Shown: positions 27,437 to 38,006 of the stretch, one piece after another | Position numbering within the stretch: the first letter of the stretch is position 1 | Layout of the letters: each line of letters starts with the position of its first letter | IMG/VR virus record: IMGVR_UViG_3300009514_000025 | Span: 1 to 61,657 of that record | DNA length: 61,657 nucleotides | Strand: one strand, 5' to 3' | Source of the DNA: a virus | Taxonomy: Duplodnaviria; Caudoviricetes | Program-made: the position numbers and the translations under genes | Notes under the pieces: generated by a model | What the model was told of the DNA's origin: nothing | Databases searched by the model: none | What the model saw: only the letters and a program-made list of their open reading frames with translations

Positions 27437-30400
27437 ATGTCCGTATTCGATTCTATTGGTGATTCTGCAAACAGTCTAAGAACAGAAGGCCAAGAAATAA
27501 AATTAGCTTTTAAGCAAGGCGTTCCAGCAACTGGTCAAGGTACTATTGAGTGGAATATACCAATTCCCGCCCATGGCTGTGCCTCCGGTGAAACGGGCGT
27601 ATATGCTGGCATTGTGCTTCTTCTTAGCACTGAACCATTAGATGTTTCAAATATTCCACAAGATGGAACAGTATATGTTGGTGATCCAACAGCAGATTTT
27701 GATTTAAGTACAGCAGATCGAATTGGAAATGCAATTGTTGTTGGAGCAATATATGAATGTGAAGAAAAGAATCGTGGCGAAGATTTAACAACTTCTTTAG
27801 TTATTAACGATTTACGGCCAGGCGTTTCGTATTATGTTGGTGGTTATGCTACAGATTGTCAATATCGCTATCATTCAGATGGCATTCGAGCATATTCAGA
27901 TTTTTATGGTGAAAAGGATGGAACAAGCATTCCATCCGCCCAAGTAGTTAATCTTGGCGTTGCTCAGGCCGGCGTTTTACCAACAGATGGAACCGGTCTT
28001 ATTCCTGGTGTTGATTATGAATTCGACTTAATTGTAGATAATTCGTTCCCTACAGGGTATGATTATACTACCATACAAATTACTGTTGCTGGTATTAATG
28101 CTGGTACTTATCAGGATTTATTAGATTCTATTAATACACGAATAAAATTATACGATAATCCTCCACAATCACCAATACCTCCACATACAAATGATTTTTA
28201 TTGGAATGCAACGGAAGAACAGCTTTATCAATATGATGGCGCAGCATATAATGCAATAGAAACCATGAATGAACCTACCGATCCTGCTAATATAGCGATG
28301 GGTACATATTGGTATGATACAACAAATAAAATTTTAAATCGTAATAATATTCCAAATCCAACAGGTTGGAATATTATTAATCATCTTGAAAGCGAATCAG
28401 ATCCTGCTAATCCTGCATGTACATTATATTGGTATGATAATATTGTTGCACGTAAATGGGATGGTTCCACCTGGTGTGATCAAACAACAGCATTTTCATT
28501 AACTGATCCAAGTGTTTGTCCAACCGTCGAATGCGGGACATATTGGTATGATGAAAACACATCAGCATTATTTGGTTGGGATGATATAAACGAAAGATGG
28601 CAAGAAAGAACTGCTATATATTGGCCGCAGGCTCCAGATCAATTATCGGATGGAACATATTGGTTCGATGATACAAACAATAACCTGTTCCGCCGATCCG
28701 CATCTACATGGGTAGATATTACCATTACATCAAAAGTTCAAGAAACTGAACCTACGACAGCGGCTAATGGTTTGGTATGGTATAAGCCTTCCACAGAAGA
28801 ATTAAAAGTATATTCTACTGGTTCACCAATTGGATGGATTAATACTGATGTATTGGTGTGGAATGAAGATCCAACAAATACTACATCATGTGACTTATGG
28901 TGGAATTCAACTAATGATGAATTAAGAACATGGGATATTGTTAATAATGAATGGGATCTAGTTGTTAGATTTGTTATTTCAACATTAGATCCTACACAAC
29001 CATCACCATTGGCAGTTGATACACTTTGGTATGAACCTACTGCTGCAACGTTAAAACGTTGGGATGGTGGCGATTGGGTTGATGTAGAACATGTAGAAAA
29101 AATTACAGATCCGACACAAATCAGTGTTGGTGAAGCATGGTATAATCCAGTAGCAGATGAATGGAAAATTTGGAATACACCAACAGCAGGCTGGAATGAT
29201 ATAAATCCAATTGATTCGGATGTTGATCCTAATAGTATTCCAAACGGAACTTATTGGTTTGACACAACTAATGTTGCATTATATGTTCGTAATGGTGTTG
29301 TTTGGTCTTCAGTAACATTTTCTACTGTTCCATTTGTTCCTGCAAGAAATAGTTTATGGTATGATACTTTAAATAAAATATTAAAAGAATGGAATGGTAC
29401 TACATGGGTTACATCTACACCTATAGCTGTTGCCTATTTTAATTCATCTGGTGGTATAACTTTTGAAACTATACAAAAAGGTAGTGATACTGCGATATTA
29501 ATTCCAGCACCACCAGGTTCTTCTTCGGAACCATCTATTGTTGGCACTGGTTTTGCTGACTTTACAGAATTTGACATTAATCCTGTAACTGGATATACAT
29601 ATGAACGTGGCACCATCGGAAGAGTTTATCCAGCAAGATATATCAATGATAACGATTTCTTATGGAGTAGTTTGTCGCCTGCTCCAGGAAAACTTGCAAT
29701 ACCAGATGCGGGCAATGATGGCAAGTCTGGACTTCCTTCATATGCTGAACTTGGCGTTGGCGATGATGGAACACCAGATGAACGTCGTGAATTAATGGAC
29801 AGTATTCGTGCACAGCTTGGTTATCCTGTTGTTGATGTTGAATTAACAAATTATCAATTAGATACTGCTATTCAAGGCGCACTTGAATCATTTAGAAAGC
29901 GTGCAGGTTCAGCGTATCGTAGAGGATTCTATTTCTTAGACATAGAACCAGGAAAACAACAGTACTTAATGACAAATAAGGTAATGGGATATAATAAAAT
30001 TGTTTCTATTACAGCAGCATATCGTTTTACGTCTGCGTTTTTATCATCAGCGCATGGTTCTGGTGTTTATGGTCAAGTAGTATTACAGCACTTATATAAC
30101 ATGGGCACATTTGATTTAACAAGTTTTCATTTAGTATCACAATACATTGAACAACTTGAACATTTATTTTCAACAAGATTGGGACATACGTTCCATGAAC
30201 ATAATCGTGTTCTTACATTTTTTAATTCATTTACACGAAATGAGCGTGTTTTATTAGACTGTATGATCGAAAGAACAGAACAAGATTTACTTAAAGATCG
30301 TTTTATCAAAACATGGATTGAACGTTATGCATTATCAGAAGCAATGATGATGCTTTCACATATTCGTGGTAAATTTGCTTCATTGCCAGGCGCGGGAGGC

Positions 30401-30535
30401 GGCATATCATTAAATGCAGGCGAATTAATTGCAACTGCACAATCTTATCGTGAAGAATTATTAAATCAGATCGATGAATTTATTGTTGACACACCAGAAG
30501 ACGTGGGTCAATATTCAACATTTATTTTAGGTTAA
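27437..30535 (+). CDS. Neck protein gp13-like with a large N-terminal Trp-repeat extension
   Basis: C-terminal LGYPVVDVELTNYQLD...IRGKFASLPGAGGGISLN; about ten W(Y/F/W)(D/N) repeats upstream; TATAAATA at 27402. Confidence 0.8.
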   Translation: MSVFDSIGDSANSLRTEGQEIKLAFKQGVPATGQGTIEWNIPIPAHGCASGETGVYAGIVLLLSTEPLDVSNIPQDGTVYVGDPTADFDLSTADRIGNAIVVGAIYECEEKNRGEDLTTSLVINDLRPGVSYYVGGYATDCQYRYHSDGIRAYSDFYGEKDGTSIPSAQVVNLGVAQAGVLPTDGTGLIPGVDYEFDLIVDNSFPTGYDYTTIQITVAGINAGTYQDLLDSINTRIKLYDNPPQSPIPPHTNDFYWNATEEQLYQYDGAAYNAIETMNEPTDPANIAMGTYWYDTTNKILNRNNIPNPTGWNIINHLESESDPANPACTLYWYDNIVARKWDGSTWCDQTTAFSLTDPSVCPTVECGTYWYDENTSALFGWDDINERWQERTAIYWPQAPDQLSDGTYWFDDTNNNLFRRSASTWVDITITSKVQETEPTTAANGLVWYKPSTEELKVYSTGSPIGWINTDVLVWNEDPTNTTSCDLWWNSTNDELRTWDIVNNEWDLVVRFVISTLDPTQPSPLAVDTLWYEPTAATLKRWDGGDWVDVEHVEKITDPTQISVGEAWYNPVADEWKIWNTPTAGWNDINPIDSDVDPNSIPNGTYWFDTTNVALYVRNGVVWSSVTFSTVPFVPARNSLWYDTLNKILKEWNGTTWVTSTPIAVAYFNSSGGITFETIQKGSDTAILIPAPPGSSSEPSIVGTGFADFTEFDINPVTGYTYERGTIGRVYPARYINDNDFLWSSLSPAPGKLAIPDAGNDGKSGLPSYAELGVGDDGTPDERRELMDSIRAQLGYPVVDVELTNYQLDTAIQGALESFRKRAGSAYRRGFYFLDIEPGKQQYLMTNKVMGYNKIVSITAAYRFTSAFLSSAHGSGVYGQVVLQHLYNMGTFDLTSFHLVSQYIEQLEHLFSTRLGHTFHEHNRVLTFFNSFTRNERVLLDCMIERTEQDLLKDRFIKTWIERYALSEAMMMLSHIRGKFASLPGAGGGISLNAGELIATAQSYREELLNQIDEFIVDTPEDVGQYSTFILG

Positions 30536-30545
30536 GGAGAAAACC

Positions 30546-31037
30546 ATGTCAAAATATTTGGACAAAGTTATAGAAGAAATGGGGGACTATGGTGACATGG
30601 GACATCCTACAGGAGAAACATCCATGGGAATGGGCAGTGCATCATCAATGGGTATCATGGGCGGTTGTAATGGTGGACAAAAGAAAATCAAAGCATATAA
30701 GTTGCGCGATCTTCTTCAACAAAGAACTCGTGCAGAAGAAGAAGAAGATTTGAGTGACATTGATAATGAAGAAAATGGTATGGATGATGAAGCCAATAGC
30801 AATGACATAGAAGAATTGAAACAATTCTTTATGGATAATCCAGAACCTGCCGATGAAGAAATTGCTGCATATGCAGAAGAGCACGGCATGGATTTAGAAG
30901 AAATGCGTCTTGCCGTTTATGAATTAATTCAATCATTGTTGGGTGATGAAGAACAACCAGACGATGAAATGGACATGGATATGGACATGGACAGGGACTT
31001 TGATGAAACGGGCATGGATACCGAAGAGAAATTTTAA
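30546..31037 (+). CDS. Acidic hypothetical protein
   Basis: AAGGAG RBS; D/E/M-rich; coupled to the next gene. Confidence 0.65.
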   Translation: MSKYLDKVIEEMGDYGDMGHPTGETSMGMGSASSMGIMGGCNGGQKKIKAYKLRDLLQQRTRAEEEEDLSDIDNEENGMDDEANSNDIEELKQFFMDNPEPADEEIAAYAEEHGMDLEEMRLAVYELIQSLLGDEEQPDDEMDMDMDMDRDFDETGMDTEEKF

Positions 31038-32752
31038 TGGCTTGTAATGATTACGCCGATACTTCCTGTAGTGGAACAGTTGGTCCAGATTACGAACTGA
31101 ACCCAGATGGTACAATTAAAACTGATACCTCTGGACAGCCGTGCGTATCAACTCCAAATGGAAGAAGACTTCAACCAAATCAAACTAATGATTTTAGATG
31201 TAGACCATTTCAATTAGAACTTGGTAACGCTAATCAATATGTTGATCGTGTGGTTAACGAAGCGTTGAATATTGGTGGTGCAACATTAAATGTTTACAAA
31301 TTATTAGGTGTACATGAACAAGGAAAACTTGTAGATTGTACAGGAAGAGGGGAGGCAGTATCAAATGGTGACTTACCAAATTTTCCAGCAGCGAATGCAT
31401 TCGATATGTATGTTACAGAATGGCGTTCCATTCAGCGTGGTAGTGGTGTCCTTGCTTCTGCTTACATTGGTTACGATTTTGGCAACATCAAAACAAACGA
31501 TGACTCTCGTCGTGCTTATGGGATTGATACAAGCATTTATAAGCATGTTACAACAATTGCAATTAAACAAAGTTCTCAACAGTCAAGGCGTGTAACAAGA
31601 GCAAGAATCGAACGTTCAAACGATGGTATAAAATGGTATGGTGTTAGTGTTGTATTATTACCAGATGATGATTGTTTGAACACCGTTCAATTTAAACATT
31701 CTGTTCCATCGCGCTATTGGAGAATACGCCCATTAGATTTTAATGGCCTCGCCGATAATAATGTTTGGGCAATTCCTGCAATTCAAATGTTTCATAACTA
31801 TGAAGCTACTGATGAATATAATATTCAAGATAAAGTTTTGCTTGAAAATAGAGATCGTGGTTATGCAACAGATGAAATTCCAATAAAAGGATATTATGAT
31901 TTAACGGATAACCTAAGTGAACTTACTGCTTTTGGGTTAGAAATTCCATCTATGACGATATATATAACTGTTAGTTTTTCAGCATGTGTTGCTGCCCTTG
32001 GCCGTCCACTTGTCGTGGGTGATATTATGGAAATTCCAAGCGAAGCACAATATTCAGCTGAGATGAAAAGAATTTTAAAATGGATGGAAGTTACAGATAT
32101 ATCTTGGGCAACGGAAGGTTATACACCAGGATGGCAGCCAACGCTGCTTCGTATCGTAGCACAACCTGCGTTTGTTTCACAAGAAACTCAAGACATATTT
32201 GGTGATCTTGGTGAAACATTACCAGATGGTATTGGCACAGTTTCTGGTGAAGATGGACAAGATCCTGTATATCAAGACTATTTTGATGTTAGTCAAACGA
32301 TTGAAGCAGAAGCCCGAGATGCTGTTCCAGAACGCGGTGCAGAAGGTTCAAGTACTATTAGGGCATGGGAAAAATCGGAAGTTGAAGCCGCCGCCGATCA
32401 AGGTGTACCAAATCTTCAAAAGATTGGATTATATCCAAACGGTTTATATGTTGAAGATGCAATGCCACCAAACAATGCACCATTTACAGAAGGCGATGAA
32501 TATCCTGAGAATCCAACACATGGTGATTATCATAGGTTGACATATTCTGGGCTGGCGGAAGATATTCCTGCAAGATTGTTCCGATATTCTACATCAAAAG
32601 GACGTTGGATATATTTGGAAACAGATTTGCGTGATTTATATAATCCTGCTAAGCCAACATTAAAAGAATTTATAATAAGCCCGAATGCTGTTCCAAATAG
32701 TGAAATTACTAGAAATAGGGAAACTATAGATGACGATTGTGAGGAATCTTAA
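31037..32752 (+). CDS. Neck/head-closure protein gp14-like with a discoidin-like insert
   Basis: VYKLLG...IQDKVLLENRDRGY...LGRPLVVGDIMEIP; insert ERSNDGIKW...SRYWRIRP is F5/8-like. Confidence 0.7.
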   Translation: MACNDYADTSCSGTVGPDYELNPDGTIKTDTSGQPCVSTPNGRRLQPNQTNDFRCRPFQLELGNANQYVDRVVNEALNIGGATLNVYKLLGVHEQGKLVDCTGRGEAVSNGDLPNFPAANAFDMYVTEWRSIQRGSGVLASAYIGYDFGNIKTNDDSRRAYGIDTSIYKHVTTIAIKQSSQQSRRVTRARIERSNDGIKWYGVSVVLLPDDDCLNTVQFKHSVPSRYWRIRPLDFNGLADNNVWAIPAIQMFHNYEATDEYNIQDKVLLENRDRGYATDEIPIKGYYDLTDNLSELTAFGLEIPSMTIYITVSFSACVAALGRPLVVGDIMEIPSEAQYSAEMKRILKWMEVTDISWATEGYTPGWQPTLLRIVAQPAFVSQETQDIFGDLGETLPDGIGTVSGEDGQDPVYQDYFDVSQTIEAEARDAVPERGAEGSSTIRAWEKSEVEAAADQGVPNLQKIGLYPNGLYVEDAMPPNNAPFTEGDEYPENPTHGDYHRLTYSGLAEDIPARLFRYSTSKGRWIYLETDLRDLYNPAKPTLKEFIISPNAVPNSEITRNRETIDDDCEES

Positions 32753-33528
32753 TGGCTACGTCAGTATTAGAGAATTATCATTACAACGCGCAATTACGTA
32801 AATATATTGTACAATTTGCGGCAATCTTTGCAGGTATACAAGTAGAAGTAGGAAAGCGCGATAATGTGGAACCACATTTAATTCATGTGCCTATTAAGAA
32901 TGCAAGCATGGATCGTGTTGTTGGGCATATAAAAAGCGAGAATACACAAAATAAGCCAATTAGATTACCAATTATGTCATTTCAATTGGTAAATGTAGAT
33001 CAGGCACCAGAATTACGAAAAGGTGTTGGCGCAAAGCGCAGAAGCTCACACATGCCTACTGGTGGCATGTTCCCTGATGATATTACAGTAGTAGAACAAC
33101 GTCAACCTATTCCATACCGGGCAGTTTTTGAATTGGCTATATGGGCAAGCAATCAAGATCAACATTACCAGATTATGGAACAAATATTTACACTTTTTGA
33201 TCCAATTTTACAGATTCAAATATCTGATGATATTTTTGATTGGACTAAACTTACATCAGTAGAATTAACCGATATCCGATTTGATGAAACGCTTCCAATG
33301 GGAAGTGAACGAAGAATTATTCAAAGTAGACTAGGTTTCACAGTACCTATATATTTGTCAATTCCGTCGAAAGTTCATAATAAATATGTTAAAGATATTT
33401 ATCTTAGAATTGGGGCGGTTGGAACCGATGTTGAATCTTCATATGACATTATAGCTGATCTTGATTCTCAAGGGGAAACCTATGAAAAGGTATTTTCCCT
33501 TGATGATATAGATATAACCGAAAATTAA
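32752..33528 (+). CDS. Tail sheath stabiliser/terminator, gp15-like
   Basis: YNAQLRKYIVQFAAIF, RLPIMS, PIPY, QIMEQIFTLFDP. Confidence 0.85.
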   Translation: MATSVLENYHYNAQLRKYIVQFAAIFAGIQVEVGKRDNVEPHLIHVPIKNASMDRVVGHIKSENTQNKPIRLPIMSFQLVNVDQAPELRKGVGAKRRSSHMPTGGMFPDDITVVEQRQPIPYRAVFELAIWASNQDQHYQIMEQIFTLFDPILQIQISDDIFDWTKLTSVELTDIRFDETLPMGSERRIIQSRLGFTVPIYLSIPSKVHNKYVKDIYLRIGAVGTDVESSYDIIADLDSQGETYEKVFSLDDIDITEN

Positions 33529-33621
33529 CCAGTTTTGGTGTTTTTTGGGTACGTCTTTATAAATAGTATTAGCCACGTAATGTTAGTGGAAGAAATAATG
33601 TTTAGTTAAGGAGAACCCGAT

Positions 33622-35370
33622 ATGGCAACTTTGGTAAGTCCAGGAGTAAGCGTAACAGTAACAGATGAAAGCTTTTTCATCCCTGTATCCGCACCTACAG
33701 TTCCTTTGTTTTTTATTGCGACTGCCGATGAAAAACTACGACCAGATGGCGTGACGCCAGCGGAAGGTACGTATGAATATAATGTCGTTCGCACTGTTAC
33801 ATCTTTGAATCAAAGTACCCAATTATATGGTGTTCCTAGATTCCTTGAAGATCCTGCAACAGGTGCTGCACATCATGGTGATGCACGAAATGAATATGGA
33901 TTATTTGCAGTAAATCAATTTTTAGGCATAGGCAATCGTGCTTATGTTGTTCGTACAAATGTTAACTTAAATGATGAACTTTCTGATATTCGCACCATGT
34001 GGGATGCGAAAATGCTTGAATCTAAAGTAGTCCTTGAAAACTTGATCCAGGATTTTATGAATGAAAAGGATGCAATCGCAGGCGATCTTCCCGGTACGAC
34101 AACGACTGTAACCGCTTCCGAATTACAAGATCTTACAAGAACAGCGACAGAAGATTTATTTGACTCTTATTCTTTTAGTAATGTAGATACAGATTTCTTT
34201 GGTTCGGTTGGATCTGCTTCTGGTCTTAATGTATATGCAAGCGGATATGATATGCCAGCTACTGACACATATGATGGTTACGACTATATATCGGGCAACT
34301 TAAGTTCATATTCATATCCTGGTGGTGCTACAATAGCAGGCGAATTTACTCCGCAAGAAGGTGGTGATTTCTTAATTGCTACTGCCGATGATATGAAATT
34401 TACAGTTGAATTTTTAAATCAAACAAGCCTTGGTGCTAACGACGCAGCTCGTCGTGTTGCTATTGCAACAGCTTTCCAAGCATCAATTAATAGTAACACA
34501 GATATTCGTTCTGAAAATTTTGACTATAACTTAATTCTTTGCCCAGGTTGGCCTGAAGTTGCTGATGAACTTCTAACGCTTGTTGCAGATATGCAGGATG
34601 AAGCATTAGTTATCTCAGATACACCAATGAATTTAAATCCAGATGGAATCACCAACCCAAGTACTGGTTGGGCTGCATCAACAGATCGTCAACGTTCTAC
34701 GCATATTGCGTATTATTATCCATCTGCGCTTGCTTCAAATCTTGATGGTAAGAATGTAGTAGTTGCAGCATCCGGTGTTGCGCTTCGCACATACACTTAT
34801 AGTGATAATGTATCGTTCTTGTGGTTTGCACCCGCTGGTATTCGTCGTGGTCTTATTACAGGCATAACTAATCTTGGATATGTTTCAGGCGAGCTTGGCA
34901 CACCAACAACATTTGTTCCAGTGGCTTTGAATCTTGGTCAACGTGATGCGATGTATCAATATGCTGCATCTGGAGACATTAACCCATTGGTATTCTTCCC
35001 GGGTAATGGTTTCCTTGTTTGGGGTCAGAAGACATCTGCACCAGCAGCAAGTGCACTGGATCGTGTTAATGTTTCACGACTTATTAAATATATTAAACGT
35101 CAGTTACGTAGAAATACTTTAAGCTTCGTATTCGAACCAAACGATCAATTAACCCGCGATAACTTGAAAGCTGTTATAGATGGTTTCCTTGGAGATTTAA
35201 TTGTCAAGCGCGGGTTGTATGACTTTGCTACTGTCTGTGATGAAAGTAACAATACACCGGATAGAATTGATAGAAATGAAATGTATGTTGATATTGCTTT
35301 GAAACCTGTTAAGGCAGCTGAATTCATTTACATTCCAATTCGCATAGTCGCAACTGGTGCGGAAATTTAA
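33622..35370 (+). CDS. Tail sheath protein, gp18-like
   Basis: LVSPGVSV, WFAPAGIRRG, WGQKT, DRVNVSRL, FEPND, CDESNNTP; TATAAATA at 33558. Confidence 0.95.
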   Translation: MATLVSPGVSVTVTDESFFIPVSAPTVPLFFIATADEKLRPDGVTPAEGTYEYNVVRTVTSLNQSTQLYGVPRFLEDPATGAAHHGDARNEYGLFAVNQFLGIGNRAYVVRTNVNLNDELSDIRTMWDAKMLESKVVLENLIQDFMNEKDAIAGDLPGTTTTVTASELQDLTRTATEDLFDSYSFSNVDTDFFGSVGSASGLNVYASGYDMPATDTYDGYDYISGNLSSYSYPGGATIAGEFTPQEGGDFLIATADDMKFTVEFLNQTSLGANDAARRVAIATAFQASINSNTDIRSENFDYNLILCPGWPEVADELLTLVADMQDEALVISDTPMNLNPDGITNPSTGWAASTDRQRSTHIAYYYPSALASNLDGKNVVVAASGVALRTYTYSDNVSFLWFAPAGIRRGLITGITNLGYVSGELGTPTTFVPVALNLGQRDAMYQYAASGDINPLVFFPGNGFLVWGQKTSAPAASALDRVNVSRLIKYIKRQLRRNTLSFVFEPNDQLTRDNLKAVIDGFLGDLIVKRGLYDFATVCDESNNTPDRIDRNEMYVDIALKPVKAAEFIYIPIRIVATGAEI

Positions 35371-35426
35371 TATAATTAAAAACTTTATGTAAATACGTAA
35401 AGAACACATAGAGAAGGGAAAATAAA

Positions 35427-36017
35427 ATGGCAACAATTAATGATCAAGGTATCCCTGGAGTAGGAACGGGTATCCTCCATCCAAAACAGAAGAACCGTTG
35501 GAGAATAAGATTCGCCAATCTTGGTGGTGGTGCCGATGCACAACCACTTATGTTACAGGCGGTAACTGTTACTCGACCAGTGTTATCCTTTGAAGAAGTT
35601 CAATTGGATCGTTATAATTCCCGTGCTTGGGTCGCTGGTAAATATACATTTGAGCCTATAACGCTTAGTTTCGAAGATGACGTTTCTGGGTCCGCAACGC
35701 GGGTTATTCAGGAACAGTTACAGAAACAACAATGGTTAATCGGTGCAGAAGGACAGTGGCTCGCTGCAGCCGGCGAAGGTTCACTTTACAAATTCGTCAC
35801 ATATCTCGATATGTTAGATGGTAATGATCAACCGATAGAAGTATGGACGGTAGAAGGTTGCTGGTTCCAACAAGTAGATTATACTGACTTGGATTATGCC
35901 GCATCTGATGTAGTCTTAATAACTACTACAATTCGTTATGATCATGCACGTCAGACTGTTGGTGGTTACACACAAGGTAATGGTGTAGCAACTGGTGGTG
36001 CTGGTACGATAGGCTAA
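35427..36017 (+). CDS. Tail tube protein, gp19-like
   Basis: Follows sheath; HPKQKNRWRI, AGKYTFEPITL, GCWFQQVDYTDLDY. Confidence 0.9.
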   Translation: MATINDQGIPGVGTGILHPKQKNRWRIRFANLGGGADAQPLMLQAVTVTRPVLSFEEVQLDRYNSRAWVAGKYTFEPITLSFEDDVSGSATRVIQEQLQKQQWLIGAEGQWLAAAGEGSLYKFVTYLDMLDGNDQPIEVWTVEGCWFQQVDYTDLDYAASDVVLITTTIRYDHARQTVGGYTQGNGVATGGAGTIG

Positions 36018-36027
36018 TATCATAAGA

Positions 36028-36058
36028 TATCATGGACGATAATTTCACAGGGATGTGA
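36028..36058 (+). promoter_or_regulatory. Two CsrA/RsmA-type GGA hairpins in tube 3' UTR
   Basis: TATC ATGGAC GATA and TCAC AGGGAT GTGA. Confidence 0.55.
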
Positions 36059-36066
36059 TTATATTT

Positions 36067-36092
36067 GGGGGACAGAAATGTCCCCCTTTTTT
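36067..36092 (+). terminator. Intrinsic terminator after the tube gene
   Basis: GGGGGACA GAAA TGTCCCCC TTTTTT. Confidence 0.9.
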
Positions 36093-36135
36093 GTCCGCCC
36101 ATCCATATAAATATACAATATAGTAGGAGTTTTAT

Positions 36136-37503
36136 ATGGCACAAGATCCAAGAAGATTCACAGTTAAACATTGTGGCGCAGCACAAAATACGAAGGCCGC
36201 CGATGATACGAAAAGGAAAGATTTTTTCGATGGGCTTGGCAAAATCGGCGATATTGAAGTATTAAATAGATTTGGCGGCGGCAAAATTACCGCAGGTCTT
36301 CGTACCCTTGCGAAAACTTCTAATTCAATTAGAACAGGTGAAACCGATTCCGCTGTAATTCCTAATGATGTTGGTTATGTTCTTGGTGAAGTTGGAATAG
36401 ATCCTAATGCAGCACAGAAAGCAGGCCAATTTAATCCTGGTGTATTGAATAGAGGAATTGGACAGGCGGAATCAATACTTAACAGTGTTAAAGGTGGTAG
36501 TTTTTCACTTAATGATATTCCAAACGTAGTGAGCGATCTTCAAAACTTAGGATCATTAATAGATGGAATTTATACAGACAGATCTGGACAAAGCAGTACA
36601 AGAGAATTTGACGTTTGTGGTGCATCACCGTATGCTATTGATCTTTTTCAATTTGCACCAAAATATAAATTTTTATTTATTGTTCAGATTAATTTAAAAA
36701 ATACATATCAAAGTCTATCAAAAACAGCCGAAAAGTTAGCATTTGTTGTTAAAACAAGTACACGTCCAAATATTAATATAGATCATGAAGAAATTAATAT
36801 GTATAATTTTTGGACACGTGTTCCAAAGCGTGTAGCATATGAACCAATAACTATGCGATTTTATGATGATAATAAAGGTCTTGCACATCAATTTTATACA
36901 TCATATTTAAGAGCTATTAGTCCAATTAGTAGATTGGGTGGCCAACAAAGCGGTTATATGAGTATTGACTGGCTTCAAGCTAATAGTATGAAACCCAATA
37001 GTAAGGATGCGTTAAGTTCTGCTTCCTTAAGTGCACTAGTAGGAAATAATACTTCTCTTATTGATGAAATTAAACTTTTTCAAATTTATGACTATGGTAG
37101 AAAAATGACCGCATATCATTTTCATCATCCGAAGCTTCTTACGATGAATCTTGACGATTTGGATATGGCAGAATCTGGTACGGGTAGTGAAATAGAATTC
37201 CAATTTGCATATGATGCATTACACATAACACCAGCACTTTCTATAATAGGAAACCCAATCGGTCTTACTGGTTTAACAGGTGAAGCATTTGCAACCTATC
37301 CAATTAAGCCAAACCTTGGGCCTGCACCCGAAGAAGCATTTCCAGAAGATGCAGAAGATGAGGATGATTCACCTGATGCGGATGGAGATAATGTTTTCCA
37401 GAATGTAACTGGCGCAATTTCTAGTGGTATTTCATCTGTAACGGGATTAGTAAGTAGTGCATTTGATAAGGTTGCAGACTTTGGTGGCTCTCTCTTTCAA
37501 TAA
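36136..37503 (+). CDS. Tube-fold baseplate-tail junction protein (gp54/gp48-like)
   Basis: PKYKFLF...RPNI...YEPITMRFYDD...LDDLDM...FAYD tube-like domain; TATAAATA at 36106. Confidence 0.65.
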   Translation: MAQDPRRFTVKHCGAAQNTKAADDTKRKDFFDGLGKIGDIEVLNRFGGGKITAGLRTLAKTSNSIRTGETDSAVIPNDVGYVLGEVGIDPNAAQKAGQFNPGVLNRGIGQAESILNSVKGGSFSLNDIPNVVSDLQNLGSLIDGIYTDRSGQSSTREFDVCGASPYAIDLFQFAPKYKFLFIVQINLKNTYQSLSKTAEKLAFVVKTSTRPNINIDHEEINMYNFWTRVPKRVAYEPITMRFYDDNKGLAHQFYTSYLRAISPISRLGGQQSGYMSIDWLQANSMKPNSKDALSSASLSALVGNNTSLIDEIKLFQIYDYGRKMTAYHFHHPKLLTMNLDDLDMAESGTGSEIEFQFAYDALHITPALSIIGNPIGLTGLTGEAFATYPIKPNLGPAPEEAFPEDAEDEDDSPDADGDNVFQNVTGAISSGISSVTGLVSSAFDKVADFGGSLFQ

Positions 37504-37518
37504 TTAATGGATAGGTAA

Positions 37519-37965
37519 ATGGCAAGGAAGGGCATAAAGAAAGGATTATTCAGACCAAGACATCCAGAAAAATATATGGGCGATTTAAATAATATTATCT
37601 ATCGTTCCTCATGGGAACAATCTTTTATGAATTTTCTTGATAATAATCCCAATATAATACAATGGGGTTCCGAAATTATTGCAATCCCTTACCGCAAGCC
37701 TACCACTGGAAGAATTCACAAATATTATCCAGATTTTTGGATCAAATATAAGAACAAAAATGGTAATATCATTCAAGAAGTTATTGAAGTTAAACCAGAA
37801 AAAGAAACCCATCAACCAACGACTGTTGGTAAAACTAAAAAGACCCAATTATACGAAGCCATTACGTGGTCAATTAATACATCAAAATGGAAGTCCGCCA
37901 AGCTTTTCTGTGATAAATATGGGATGGTGTTTAGGATTTTAACTGAAAAACAAATATTCCGTTAA
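37519..37965 (+). CDS. Head completion nuclease, gp4-like (TnsA-like)
   Basis: PEKYMGD..IIYRSSWE, YYPDF, IEVKP, KWKSA, ILTE. Confidence 0.92.
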   Translation: MARKGIKKGLFRPRHPEKYMGDLNNIIYRSSWEQSFMNFLDNNPNIIQWGSEIIAIPYRKPTTGRIHKYYPDFWIKYKNKNGNIIQEVIEVKPEKETHQPTTVGKTKKTQLYEAITWSINTSKWKSAKLFCDKYGMVFRILTEKQIFR

Positions 37966-38006
37966 CAGAAATAGGGACGTTTAAATGATTATTAATAGAT
38001 ACTATT

